Shown here piece after piece: positions 55,791-64,000 of a DNA stretch of 64,000 bases. How positions within the stretch are numbered: position 1 is the stretch's first letter; each line of letters starts with the position of its first letter. Under the pieces are notes generated by a model. It saw only the letters and a program-made list of their open reading frames with translations, did not search any database and was not told the origin of the DNA. This stretch comes from a bacterium (GTDB lineage Bacteria > Planctomycetota > UBA11346), in the NCBI GenBank assembly GCA_020047915.1, contig JAIFND010000026.1, positions 12,893-76,892 on the forward strand, given 5' to 3'. The translations under genes and the position numbers were made by a program.

Positions 55791-56428
55791 AAGGCGCCGA
55801 CCATCTGGGCGACCACTTGTGGCCGTTCGCGGTGCACCGCGTGGCCCGACTTCAGCACCACATCGCGCCGGTGGTCGGGAATGACGGCAGCCATCTCGTC
55901 CATGATACGCATGTAACGGGTGTCGGCCGCCCCGGAAATCAGCAGGACGGGCATGCGCAGCTCGCTCAGGCGGCCCCACACCGGGTCCATCGCCCCACCG
56001 CCCATGGCGCGCAGGCAGCCAGCGAGTCCATGTGGATCCTGGTTCAGCCGGCGGGCACGCACCGACTCGGCCACGGCGGCCGGGAAGGGCAGATGCGGCT
56101 TCAGGGCCGACTGGGTCTCCCACCAGGCCATGAAGGCGCCGATGCCATCCTCTTCCAGAACCTGCGCGAGGGATTCGTCACGCTGGCGGCGCAGGTTGCG
56201 CTCACGGGCATCTCGGATGCCGGGGTGGCAGCTGGCCAGGATCAGGCGACGGATGCGGGTCGGATGATCCAGCGCCAACTGAATAGCGACGCGGCCGCCC
56301 ATGCTGTAGCCGAGCAGATCGACCGGTTCGGCCGGGAAACCAGCCGCCAGGTCGGACGCGGTGCGGGCGATGCTCTGCCCCGGCACGCACGGCTTCCAAC
56401 CGTGGCCGGGCAGCAGCGGACAACGCAC
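55778..56428 (-). CDS. Alpha/beta hydrolase (MenH-like); the N-terminal region is interrupted by a heptamer repeat array
   Basis: DLLGYSMGGRVAIQLAL (GxSxG). Upstream of the annotated GTG, the same frame still encodes ...YALHGFTETDESWNETLSREITG, which is the conserved hydrolase N-terminus. That frame then hits TAA codons supplied by (TAACCCC)n, with no start codon before them. Confidence 0.55.
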   Translation of the reverse strand: MRCPLLPGHGWKPCVPGQSIARTASDLAAGFPAEPVDLLGYSMGGRVAIQLALDHPTRIRRLILASCHPGIRDARERNLRRQRDESLAQVLEEDGIGAFMAWWETQSALKPHLPFPAAVAESVRARRLNQDPHGLAGCLRAMGGGAMDPVWGRLSELRMPVLLISGAADTRYMRIMDEMAAVIPDHRRDVVLKSGHAVHRERPQVVAQMVGAFLSV

Positions 56429-56497
56429 CCCGGTGATCTCCCGGGAGAGCGTTTCGTTCCAGGATTCATCGGTCTCGGTGAAGCCGTGCAGGGCGTA

Positions 56498-56535
56498 GGG
56501 GTTAGGGGTTAGGGGTTAGGGGTTAGGGGTTAGGG
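56498..56535. repeat. (GGGGTTA)5-6 heptamer tandem array
   Basis: gtaggggttaggggttaggggttaggggttaggggttaggg, read directly. G-quadruplex-prone. It sits exactly where the hydrolase N-terminus should be. Confidence 0.8.
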
Positions 56536-56582
56536 ACGAGAGGTCCGTGGTAAGATGAGGCAGTGGTGACAGCTTGTAGGAC

Positions 56583-56672
56583 CCTAACCCCTGGGGCAAT
56601 GGAGGTGCCGAGCCCTAACCCCCAACCCCTGGGGCAATGGAGGTGCCGAGCCCTAACCCCTGGGGCAATGGA
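56583..56672. repeat. Three tandem repeats of 31-38 bp, ccctaacccc(caacccc)tggggcaatggaggtgccgag. Each begins with the reverse complement of the heptamer motif. The last copy runs into the glgP stop.
   Basis: Read from the sequence. Together with the upstream G-rich array it could form long stem structures. Confidence 0.7.
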
Positions 56673-59213
56673 TCAGACCGGCAGCGCCGGCACGGCCGGC
56701 AACTTCCAGATGTCGCGGTTGTACTCGCCGATCGTGCGATCGGTCGAGAACTTGCCGCTCGCGGTGTTCAGGATCGACGACACCGCCCAGCGCTCGCGGT
56801 CCTGGTACAGGGCAGCGGCCTTGGACTGCGCCTTGACGTAATCCGTGAAGTCGGCGCACACCATCCAGTAATCGCCCCAGTCAGTCAGGGTGTGGATGAT
56901 GTCGTCGAAGATGCCCGGGTCGCACTGGTTGAAGTGGCCGCTGCGGATCAGGTCGAGGACGCGCTTGAGGTCGGGATCGCTGGCGACGATCTGCTTGGGA
57001 TCGTAGCCGGCGCGCATCGTCGCGATCTCCTCGGTGGTCTTGCCGAAGAGGAAGAAGTGCTCGTCGCCGACCTCTTCGCGGATCTCGATGTTCGCACCGT
57101 CGAGGGTGCCAATGGTCAGGGCGCCGTTCATCATGAACTTCATGTTGCCGGTGCCGCTCGCCTCCTTGCCGGCAGTCGAGATCTGCTCCGACAGGTCGGC
57201 GGCGGGACAGATCTTCTCCATCATCGACACGCGGTAGTCGGGCAGGTAAGCGACGCGCAGCAGATCCTTGCAGTCGGGATCGGCGTTGATGACCGAGGCG
57301 AGATGGCAGCAGAAGCGGATGATCGACTTCGCCATGTGGTAGCCGGGCGCCGCCTTGCCGCCGAACAGCACGCAGCGCTTGGTCCAGCCCTTGGTGTCGC
57401 CGGCCTTGATGCGCGCATAGAGATGCACGACATGCAGGGCGTTGAGCAGCTGGCGCTTGTACTCGTGGATACGCTTGACCTGTATGTCGAACATCGCATC
57501 GACCGGGAACTCGACGCCGCACTCGCGGCGCACGACCTCGGCCAGGCGCTCTTTGTTGGCGCGCTTGACCGCGATCCACGCCTCGCGGAAGGCCTTGTCC
57601 TTGGCCTTGGGCGCCAGCTTGCGCAGCTCCGACAGCTCGGTGCGCCAGCCCTGGCCGATCGCACCGTCGATCAGTTTCGACATGCCAGGGTTGCACAGCG
57701 CCATCCAGCGGCGCTGGGTCACGCCGTTGGTCTTGTTGTTGAACTTCGACGGCCACAGCTCGCAGAAGTCGCGGAACAGGCCGGCCTTCAGCAGGTCGGT
57801 GTGCAGCGCGGCGACGCCGTTGACCGAGCAGCTGCCGACGATGGCGAGGTAGGCCATGCGCACATGCCCGCCGTTGGAGCCTTCCTCGATGATCGACATG
57901 CGCGCCTGGCGCGCGGTGTCGCCGGGCCACTTGTTGGCGACGGTGCGCATGAAGCGCGCGTTGATCTCGTAGATGATCTCGAGCGGACGCGGCAGCAGCT
58001 TGCGGAACAGGCCGACCGACCACTTCTCCAGCGCCTCGGGCAGCAGGGTGTGGTTGGTGTAGGCGAAGACGCGGGTGGTGATCGACCACGCGTCGTCCCA
58101 GCCCTGGCCGTACTCGTCCATGAGCAGGCGCATCAGTTCGGCGACCGCCACGGTCGGGTGGGTATCGTTGAGCTGGCAGGCGTTCTTCTCGGCGAAGCCG
58201 CGGAAGTCGTGGCCGTGCACACTGGCCCAGCGGCGGACGATGTCCTGCAGGCTGGCCGAGGCGAGGAAGTACTGCTGCCGCAGGCGCAGTTCCTTGCCGT
58301 TCTCGCTCTTGTCGTTGGGGTAGAGGACGCGGGTGATGTTCTCGGCCGCGGCACCCTCGTCGATGGCGGCCTGGTAGTCGCCCTGGTTGAAGTCGGCGAG
58401 ATCGAAGTCTTCCAGCGCCTCGGCGCGCCACAGGCGCAGGGTGTTGACCGTGCCGTTGCGGTAGCCGGGGATCGGCATGTCGTAGGGCACCGCCAGCACG
58501 TCGTGCGTGCCGACCCAGCGCAGGCGGCTCTTGCCGTGCTCGTCGTTGTAGTATTCGCTGCGGCCACCGAACTTCACCCGCTGGGTGTATTCAGGGCGCT
58601 GCAGTTCCCACGGGCTGCCATGGGCGAGCCAGCGTTCGGGTTCTTCGACCTGCTGGCCATTGACCACGCGCTGGCGGAACATGCCGTACTCGTAGCGCAG
58701 GCCGTAGCCGAAGACCGGCAACTGGAGGGTGGCGCAGGAATCGAGGAAGCAGGCGGCGAGACGGCCGAGGCCACCGTTGCCGAGGCCGGCGTCGGCTTCT
58801 TCCTCTTGGATGTCCTCCAGCTTCATGCCCAGGTCGTGCAGGGCCTCGCGCGCCGCCTCGTCCATGTCGATGTTGAGCAGGGCGTTGCCCATCGCCCGAC
58901 CCATCAGGAATTCCATCGACAGGTAGTAGCCGCGCTTGCAGTCCGACTGGTAGTAGGCGGCGTGGGTGTTCTTCCAGCGCTCCATCAGGCGGTCGCGCAC
59001 CGCCATCGCCATGGCGGTGTAGCGGTAGCGGCCATTGACGCTCAGGGCGTCGCGGCCAAGGCTGATCGCCAGGTGGCGCTGGTAGTCCTCGCGCACTCCG
59101 GCCGGATCCATCGGCAGGGCGGTGGAGATCGGCTGCGTGTCCGAGGCCGGTTGAGCCTGGGCCTTCGGGCCAGCCTTCACGGTGCGATGGGTCGATGATT
59201 TCTTAGCCGGCAT
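56673..59213 (-). CDS. glgP: Glycogen/alpha-glucan phosphorylase
   Basis: EFLMGRAMGNALLNIDMDEAAREALHDLG, GNGGLGRLAACFLDS and a PLP-site region. 846 aa from the internal start MPAKKSS. Confidence 0.9.
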   Translation of the reverse strand: MPAKKSSTHRTVKAGPKAQAQPASDTQPISTALPMDPAGVREDYQRHLAISLGRDALSVNGRYRYTAMAMAVRDRLMERWKNTHAAYYQSDCKRGYYLSMEFLMGRAMGNALLNIDMDEAAREALHDLGMKLEDIQEEEADAGLGNGGLGRLAACFLDSCATLQLPVFGYGLRYEYGMFRQRVVNGQQVEEPERWLAHGSPWELQRPEYTQRVKFGGRSEYYNDEHGKSRLRWVGTHDVLAVPYDMPIPGYRNGTVNTLRLWRAEALEDFDLADFNQGDYQAAIDEGAAAENITRVLYPNDKSENGKELRLRQQYFLASASLQDIVRRWASVHGHDFRGFAEKNACQLNDTHPTVAVAELMRLLMDEYGQGWDDAWSITTRVFAYTNHTLLPEALEKWSVGLFRKLLPRPLEIIYEINARFMRTVANKWPGDTARQARMSIIEEGSNGGHVRMAYLAIVGSCSVNGVAALHTDLLKAGLFRDFCELWPSKFNNKTNGVTQRRWMALCNPGMSKLIDGAIGQGWRTELSELRKLAPKAKDKAFREAWIAVKRANKERLAEVVRRECGVEFPVDAMFDIQVKRIHEYKRQLLNALHVVHLYARIKAGDTKGWTKRCVLFGGKAAPGYHMAKSIIRFCCHLASVINADPDCKDLLRVAYLPDYRVSMMEKICPAADLSEQISTAGKEASGTGNMKFMMNGALTIGTLDGANIEIREEVGDEHFFLFGKTTEEIATMRAGYDPKQIVASDPDLKRVLDLIRSGHFNQCDPGIFDDIIHTLTDWGDYWMVCADFTDYVKAQSKAAALYQDRERWAVSSILNTASGKFSTDRTIGEYNRDIWKLPAVPALPV

Positions 59214-59299
59214 GCGTTCCCCCAGGGTCGCGCCCGTTGTGGGAATGGGCGCCTGGATGGCAAGGGTGCGGCTAGAAGCAGGGCAGAGCCTCCCGATGT

Positions 59300-59435
59300 G
59301 CATGAAGGCGGAAGGCGGAAGGCGGAAGAGTTGCAGCGCAAGCGTATGCGAGGGGTGCGACTGCCCCCCTTCGCAGGCGCGCGACAGCGCGCACCTATTC
59401 TTCCGCCTTCCGCCTTCCGCCTTCCGCCTTTCCCC
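59300..59435. mobile_element. Second MITE-related palindromic element: (GGCGGAA)3 ... (TTCCGCC)3 inverted arms around an about 85-bp core, in the glgP upstream region
   Basis: gaaggcggaaggcggaaggcggaaga ... tcttccgccttccgccttccgcctt. It shares the internal repeat with the 52.6-kb element but has different outer ends. Confidence 0.5.
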
Positions 59436-60275
59436 GTGCTGCCTCAGCCAGCAACCAATACGCGGCTCCGCCCCCCTCATCAGACAGATGGTGGTCGGCG
59501 GCGCGGGCGGCGAGGGCGAAAAGCGCGGCCAGGCAGGCTGGCGAAGCGTCGTTCCAATCCCCAAGCGCATGCGGCGGCCAGGCCCGCCACACCGCCGCCA
59601 GCCGGGTCGGATCGTCCTCGGGCAGCAGGAAGGCGCACAGCTGCCGGCCGGCCTCCTCGATCAGCACCGGGTCGATCGCAGCGGGTTCGTTGCTGTGCAA
59701 CCAGGTCAGCACCAGCCAGGCCTGCTTGGCCAGGGCCGCATCGCCTGGCTGCAAGGCCCCGGCACGGTCGAAGCCCAGGCGTACCGCCGCGCTGGCGGCG
59801 CGCACGGTGGCGGGACGCATGACCAGGCAGCGGAACCCCTCGGTCGCGGCGGCGCGGTAGGCGGGCAGGGCGCGACCGGGGTCGCCGGCACGCTCCCACA
59901 GCACACCCTGGCCGAAACCGGCGGCGACGCAGGACTCGGCGTCGTGGTGCACGGCTTCCTGGTCGAGGCAGCGGCGAAACCAGCGCGCGGCGGCCGCGCC
60001 ATCGTCCAGCCGCTCGGCCGCCACCTCGCCCATCGCGACCAGGAAGCGGCCCCAGTCCGCTTCGGCCGGGGGGGCTGCGGACAGGCGCTGGTACAGCCCC
60101 TCACCGGCCGCGTACAGGGCCACCGGCACGGTTTCGCGCTGGACATGGGCGCGCAGGAAGGCCGCGAGTTCGGACATGCCGGCAGGCTGGCGCGGGGCGG
60201 CGTCCTGGCCACCGCTTGGCGCCCAGCCTTCGACCCGTTGCCTCTCCACCCCCCGTCCTACCATCCCGGCCCTCC

Positions 60276-62033
60276 ATGACCGACTCGCCCAAGCCAACCG
60301 CCAAGCCCGATGACCTGCCCCCGGTGAAGGATGCCATCCCCGATGGCAAGGGCGATTCCATGCCCCAGGCCAAGCCGCTGACCTTCGGTCAGCAGCTGTT
60401 CATCTGGACCATGATCGTCATCGTCGGCGTGCTCTTCGGCATGGGCGCGACCTTCCCCTTCCTGACCGCGCCCGAGCCCAAGCTGGCTGGCAACGTCAGC
60501 CAGACCGAGGCGATCCAGCGCATGCAGACCGCCGAGCGGCTCGAGCGCGTGCTCAACGCCAACGGCCATCCCTACTACCCGAAGTTCGCCCAGCCGCGCT
60601 GGCAGGAGAACGGGCTCGAGGCCTACGCCTCGGATATCCGCCTGTCCCAGGTCGCCCAGGGGCGCAACCTGATGCCGCAGGGCAAGGCCCTGGATCTGTT
60701 GGAGCGCGAATTCCTGGCCACGCCGCTTGAAGGCAGCGCCGGCCGCACCTATCTCGACGCGCTGCGCGAGCACGAGGGCGGCGTCGATCAGATCAATCGC
60801 CAGGACCTGCGCCGCTTCCTTGCCGAACGCGCCGCCCGCGACGGACTCTACGTGCGCAGCGCCATCGCCCCGGCGGTGCCGCGCGCGATGGCCGCGGACA
60901 TGGCCTCGGTGCGCGGCGATCGCGCCGAACTGGTCGAGGTGGTGCTGGATGCCACACACCTGCTGCCCGAGGTGAAGCTTGACGATCCCAAGGTAGCCAC
61001 CGCCTACGAACGCCTGCGCGGCACGCGCTTCACCCGGCCGGCCAGTGTCGCGGTCGCCGTCGCCTGGGCCGACAGCACCGAACTCGCAGCCGCCGAGACG
61101 GTCAGTGACGAGGACGCCAAGGCCTGGTACGGCGCGCACACCGACCGTTTCATGGGCGAGGCCGACCCCAAGGACCCCTCCAAGAAGCCCGAGCCCAAGC
61201 CCTTCGAGCAGGTGAAGGCCGAGGTGGTCAAGGCGTTGCAGAACGAACGCGGCAGTGCCGCAGCCCAGCGCCTGACCGATGCTTTCAACCTGGAGGCCGA
61301 GATCCTCGAAGGCGAGCGCGACCCGGCCAAGTTCCGTGCCGCTGCCGCAACCGCCAAGCTCAAGCTCGCTGAACAGGTGATCGAGGACCGCACGCCCGGA
61401 ACCCTCGATCTCGGAGCGCTCGGCACGGTCAAGGATGTCGCCCGCCTCTTCGGCAAGGAACACGAACCCGGCTTCATCTCGCCGCCCCTGCCGACCAGTG
61501 TCGGCCACTGGGTGATGCTGCGTCTCGAAAAGCGCAACGAGGCCGGGTTCCAGGAACTCGACGCGGTGCGTCCGCAGGTCGCCGCCTACGTCGCCGGCCG
61601 CCGGGCGTGGAAGCCGCTGCTTGAGCAGGCCAACCTGCTGCGCGACAAGCTCGGCGCCAACGGATCAGGCGCGCTCGCCGCCTGGGCCGCCAGCGACGAG
61701 GCCAAGCCGTGGAAGGCCAGCGTGACGACCAAGCCGCAGCCGCTGATCACCTCGCTCAAGACCCCGTCTGCCGAAGCCGACGGCATCGCCGGCGACCCGG
61801 TGGTGGTCGCCTCGCTCGCGGTCACCGCCAGCCCGCTCGCGGTCATCCAGGCCGAGCCGGCCTGGGAAGGCGACGTGCCGCGCATCCGTCTGGTCCAGGT
61901 CGCCGAACTGAAGCCCGGCTCGCGCGAGGGCCTGGCCGAAGGGCCGCTCGCCGAAGCCTACCGCAACGCCCTGCGCCGCTTCGGCCTGGTGCTGTTCGAC
62001 CGCGAACTGCAGGCCCAGGTGGAAGGCAAGTGA
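60276..62033 (+). CDS. Periplasmic folding chaperone PpiD-like (SurA-N domain), membrane anchored
   Basis: N-terminal TM anchor FGQQLFIWTMIVIVGVLFGMG, then a long periplasmic region. Overall PpiD-like layout. Start uncertain: 60276 or 60360. Confidence 0.5.
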   Translation: MTDSPKPTAKPDDLPPVKDAIPDGKGDSMPQAKPLTFGQQLFIWTMIVIVGVLFGMGATFPFLTAPEPKLAGNVSQTEAIQRMQTAERLERVLNANGHPYYPKFAQPRWQENGLEAYASDIRLSQVAQGRNLMPQGKALDLLEREFLATPLEGSAGRTYLDALREHEGGVDQINRQDLRRFLAERAARDGLYVRSAIAPAVPRAMAADMASVRGDRAELVEVVLDATHLLPEVKLDDPKVATAYERLRGTRFTRPASVAVAVAWADSTELAAAETVSDEDAKAWYGAHTDRFMGEADPKDPSKKPEPKPFEQVKAEVVKALQNERGSAAAQRLTDAFNLEAEILEGERDPAKFRAAAATAKLKLAEQVIEDRTPGTLDLGALGTVKDVARLFGKEHEPGFISPPLPTSVGHWVMLRLEKRNEAGFQELDAVRPQVAAYVAGRRAWKPLLEQANLLRDKLGANGSGALAAWAASDEAKPWKASVTTKPQPLITSLKTPSAEADGIAGDPVVVASLAVTASPLAVIQAEPAWEGDVPRIRLVQVAELKPGSREGLAEGPLAEAYRNALRRFGLVLFDRELQAQVEGK

Positions 62034-62932
62034 TGGGCCAGCCGCTGCTCCAGAGCGAGGTCGCCGGCCTGCGTCTGCTGGCGCGCGGCAAGGTGCGCGA
62101 TGTGTACGAGATCGACGACAAGCACCTGCTGTTCGTCGCCAGCGACCGCATCAGCGCCTTCGACAAGGTGATGACGACGCCGATCCCCGACAAGGGCCGC
62201 ATCCTCACCTCGTTGTCGCTGTTCTGGTTCGATCTGCTGCGCGATGTCTGCCCCAACCATGTCGTGACCAGCGACGTCGGCGCCATGCCCGCCGAGGTGC
62301 GCCGCGAGCGCGAGCAACTCGCCGGGCGCAGCCTGATGGTGCGCCGCCTGCGTATCCTGCCGGTCGAATCGATCGTGCGCGGCTACATCGCCGGATCGGG
62401 CTGGAAAGAGTACGGCACCAACGGCACGATCTGCGGCATCGCGCTGCCGACCGGCCTCGGTGAATCGGCCGAACTGCCGACCCCGATCTGGACCCCCTCG
62501 ACCAAGGCCGAGCAGGGCACCCACGACGAGAACATCAGCCCGGCCCGCGCGCGCGACATCCTCGGCCCCGATGCGGTCGCGGTCGAGCGCCATACCATCG
62601 AGCTGTACCGCCGGGCCCGCGACCATGCGCGTGGCCGCGGGGTGATCATCGCCGACACCAAGTTCGAGTTCGGGGTCGATCCCGCCGGCCAGGTCATCCT
62701 CGCCGACGAGGTACTGACCCCCGACTCGTCGCGTTTCTGGCCCGCCGACCGCTACGCCGTCGGCCGCAGCCAGGACAGCTACGACAAGCAGTACCTGCGT
62801 GACTGGCTGGAATCGGTGCGCTTCGACAAGAACGGCCCAGGCATCCCATTGCCGCCCGAGGTCGTCACCCGGACGCGGCAGAAGTATCTCGACGGCTACC
62901 GCGCCCTGACCGGGGTCGAGTTCCGGGCCTAG
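62033..62932 (+). CDS. purC: Phosphoribosylaminoimidazole-succinocarboxamide synthase (SAICAR synthetase)
   Basis: LLARGKVRDVYEIDDKHLLFVASDRISAFD...IIADTKFEFG. The start overlaps the upstream stop in a TGATG arrangement. Confidence 0.9.
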   Translation: MGQPLLQSEVAGLRLLARGKVRDVYEIDDKHLLFVASDRISAFDKVMTTPIPDKGRILTSLSLFWFDLLRDVCPNHVVTSDVGAMPAEVRREREQLAGRSLMVRRLRILPVESIVRGYIAGSGWKEYGTNGTICGIALPTGLGESAELPTPIWTPSTKAEQGTHDENISPARARDILGPDAVAVERHTIELYRRARDHARGRGVIIADTKFEFGVDPAGQVILADEVLTPDSSRFWPADRYAVGRSQDSYDKQYLRDWLESVRFDKNGPGIPLPPEVVTRTRQKYLDGYRALTGVEFRA

Positions 62933-62942
62933 GCCCACCCCC

Positions 62943-63701
62943 ATGATCGAGTTCTTGCCCACGCCGTGGCACTGGCTCGGCGCCGTCGGCTGCGCCCTGG
63001 TGGTCGGTGCGGCGAAGACCGGCATCCCCGGACTCGGTTTCCTCGCCGTACCTTGGCTGGCGCTGCTGTTCCACGATCAGGTGCGCATGTCGGCCGGCGC
63101 CCTGCTGCCGCTGCTGTGCGTCGCGGATGTCATGGCGGTGTGGCTGTACCGCAACAACCGGGCGATCCATCAACTGTGGCATATGCTGCCCTGGGTGCTG
63201 GCCGGGATGGGGCTGGGGGCTGCAGCCCTGTGGCTGCTCAGCGATGCGGTCCTGCGGCCCGTCCTGGGCGTCATCCTGCTCGGCATGATCGGCCTGCATC
63301 TCTGGCGCAAACGCCACGCCGATCTCGCCCCCCTCGGGCGGGGCGCCGCCGCCGCCTTCGGCGTCACCGCCGGCACCACCACGACCATCGCCAACGCCGC
63401 CGGTCCGGTGATGAACATCTACCTGCTCAGCCAACGCCTGCCCAAAGAGGACTTTATCGCCGCCGGGGCGTGGTTCTTCTTCGCGGTCAATCTGGCCAAG
63501 CTGCCGATCTATGGTTCGCGCGGGATGATCACGGTGGACACCCTGCTGATCGACGCCTGGCTGGTCCCGGCGGTGATCGCCGGATCGCTGATCGGCCGCC
63601 GCATCGTCAAACGCATCCCCCAGGGTACTTTTGAACTCATCGTGCTGCTGCTTGCAACGATCGGTTCCCTGATGTTGTTCATCCCGACCCGCCCAGCGTA
63701 A
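62943..63701 (+). CDS. TSUP-family membrane transporter (TauE/SafE-like)
   Basis: 252 aa, multi-TM, with the internal repeat architecture typical of TSUP. Confidence 0.65.
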   Translation: MIEFLPTPWHWLGAVGCALVVGAAKTGIPGLGFLAVPWLALLFHDQVRMSAGALLPLLCVADVMAVWLYRNNRAIHQLWHMLPWVLAGMGLGAAALWLLSDAVLRPVLGVILLGMIGLHLWRKRHADLAPLGRGAAAAFGVTAGTTTTIANAAGPVMNIYLLSQRLPKEDFIAAGAWFFFAVNLAKLPIYGSRGMITVDTLLIDAWLVPAVIAGSLIGRRIVKRIPQGTFELIVLLLATIGSLMLFIPTRPA

Positions 63702-64000
63702 CGCCAACGAGCGTCTGCACGGATTTTACGCGAAATCCCCGTGTCAACTGTTTAACGGCGCATCTGATGCGCCGTAAATCATTGCTGCTCTACGCTGCAT
63801 ATTCGGCACGATGTGTGCAGACAATGAGTCGAGGTTCCTGTGCATACTTGGCCAACGCGCGTCGGTTCGGTACTCCACATGCTGGATCCTGCGGTCGGGC
63901 CGCGCCTCGTCCTCGACCGTCTGTGGCACGAAGTGAAGGGCTGGAAGACCATCGGCGGCATCTGGATGCAGCTGAAGCCTGGCCACCTCTCACCCTCCGG

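Noticed and set aside
56498-56672. Tandem repeats considered as a possible CRISPR array
   Set aside because: Only three to six short units, no unique spacers of consistent length and no cas genes anywhere in the window. It looks like a simple tandem or telomere-like repeat.
59395-60297. A 300-aa minus-strand ORF upstream of the ppiD-like gene
   Set aside because: Ala/Arg-rich with no motif, and it overlaps the MITE-like palindrome. Probably spurious, though a real TPR-like gene cannot be excluded.

Overview
High-GC (about 65-70%) bacterial window in two parts. From about 43.25 kb to the end is conserved chromosomal backbone: fmt, hpf, argS, sensor kinase, nitrite/sulfite reductase, pgi, glgP, ppiD-like, purC, with several intergenic repeat families. 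From 1 to about 43.16 kb is a mosaic accessory island that ends at a tRNA-Ser(GGA) gene abutting a large serine recombinase. The island carries three site-specific recombinases: a XerC-like tyrosine recombinase at 1.06-2.03 kb, a tyrosine integrase at 22.0-23.0 kb and a large serine recombinase at 41.3-43.1 kb. It also carries a plasmid-type replicon (Rep_3 initiator, upstream iterons, ParA plus a small partner, an AT-rich repeat region). A 6.9-kb RHS/YD-repeat polymorphic toxin gene sits with low-GC putative immunity genes downstream. A dense defense cluster at 20-36 kb holds Gabija (gajA/gajB) and a type II-short-like CBASS (CD-NTase, E2-like protein, patatin phospholipase). Around these are an HTH-ImmA/IrrE peptidase fusion next to a PIN protein, a UPF0175 plus PIN pair, a VapBC-like pair, and several unplaced small operons (transglutaminase-like protease / small protein / DUF1883; RHH / AAA_28 ATPase). 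Other features are two near-identical inverted copies of an XRE-like HTH gene, with palindromic operators, flanking a 5-kb three-gene cassette; a frameshifted pRiA4b-ORF3-like pseudogene; a multiheme cytochrome c; MITE-like elements with perfect TIRs and a target-site duplication; and a GGGGTTA heptamer array. All protein calls rest on motifs read by eye from the supplied translations, with no database search. Coordinates follow the ORF track; my hand count of the printed sequence is offset by about 1 nt downstream of position ~1020.
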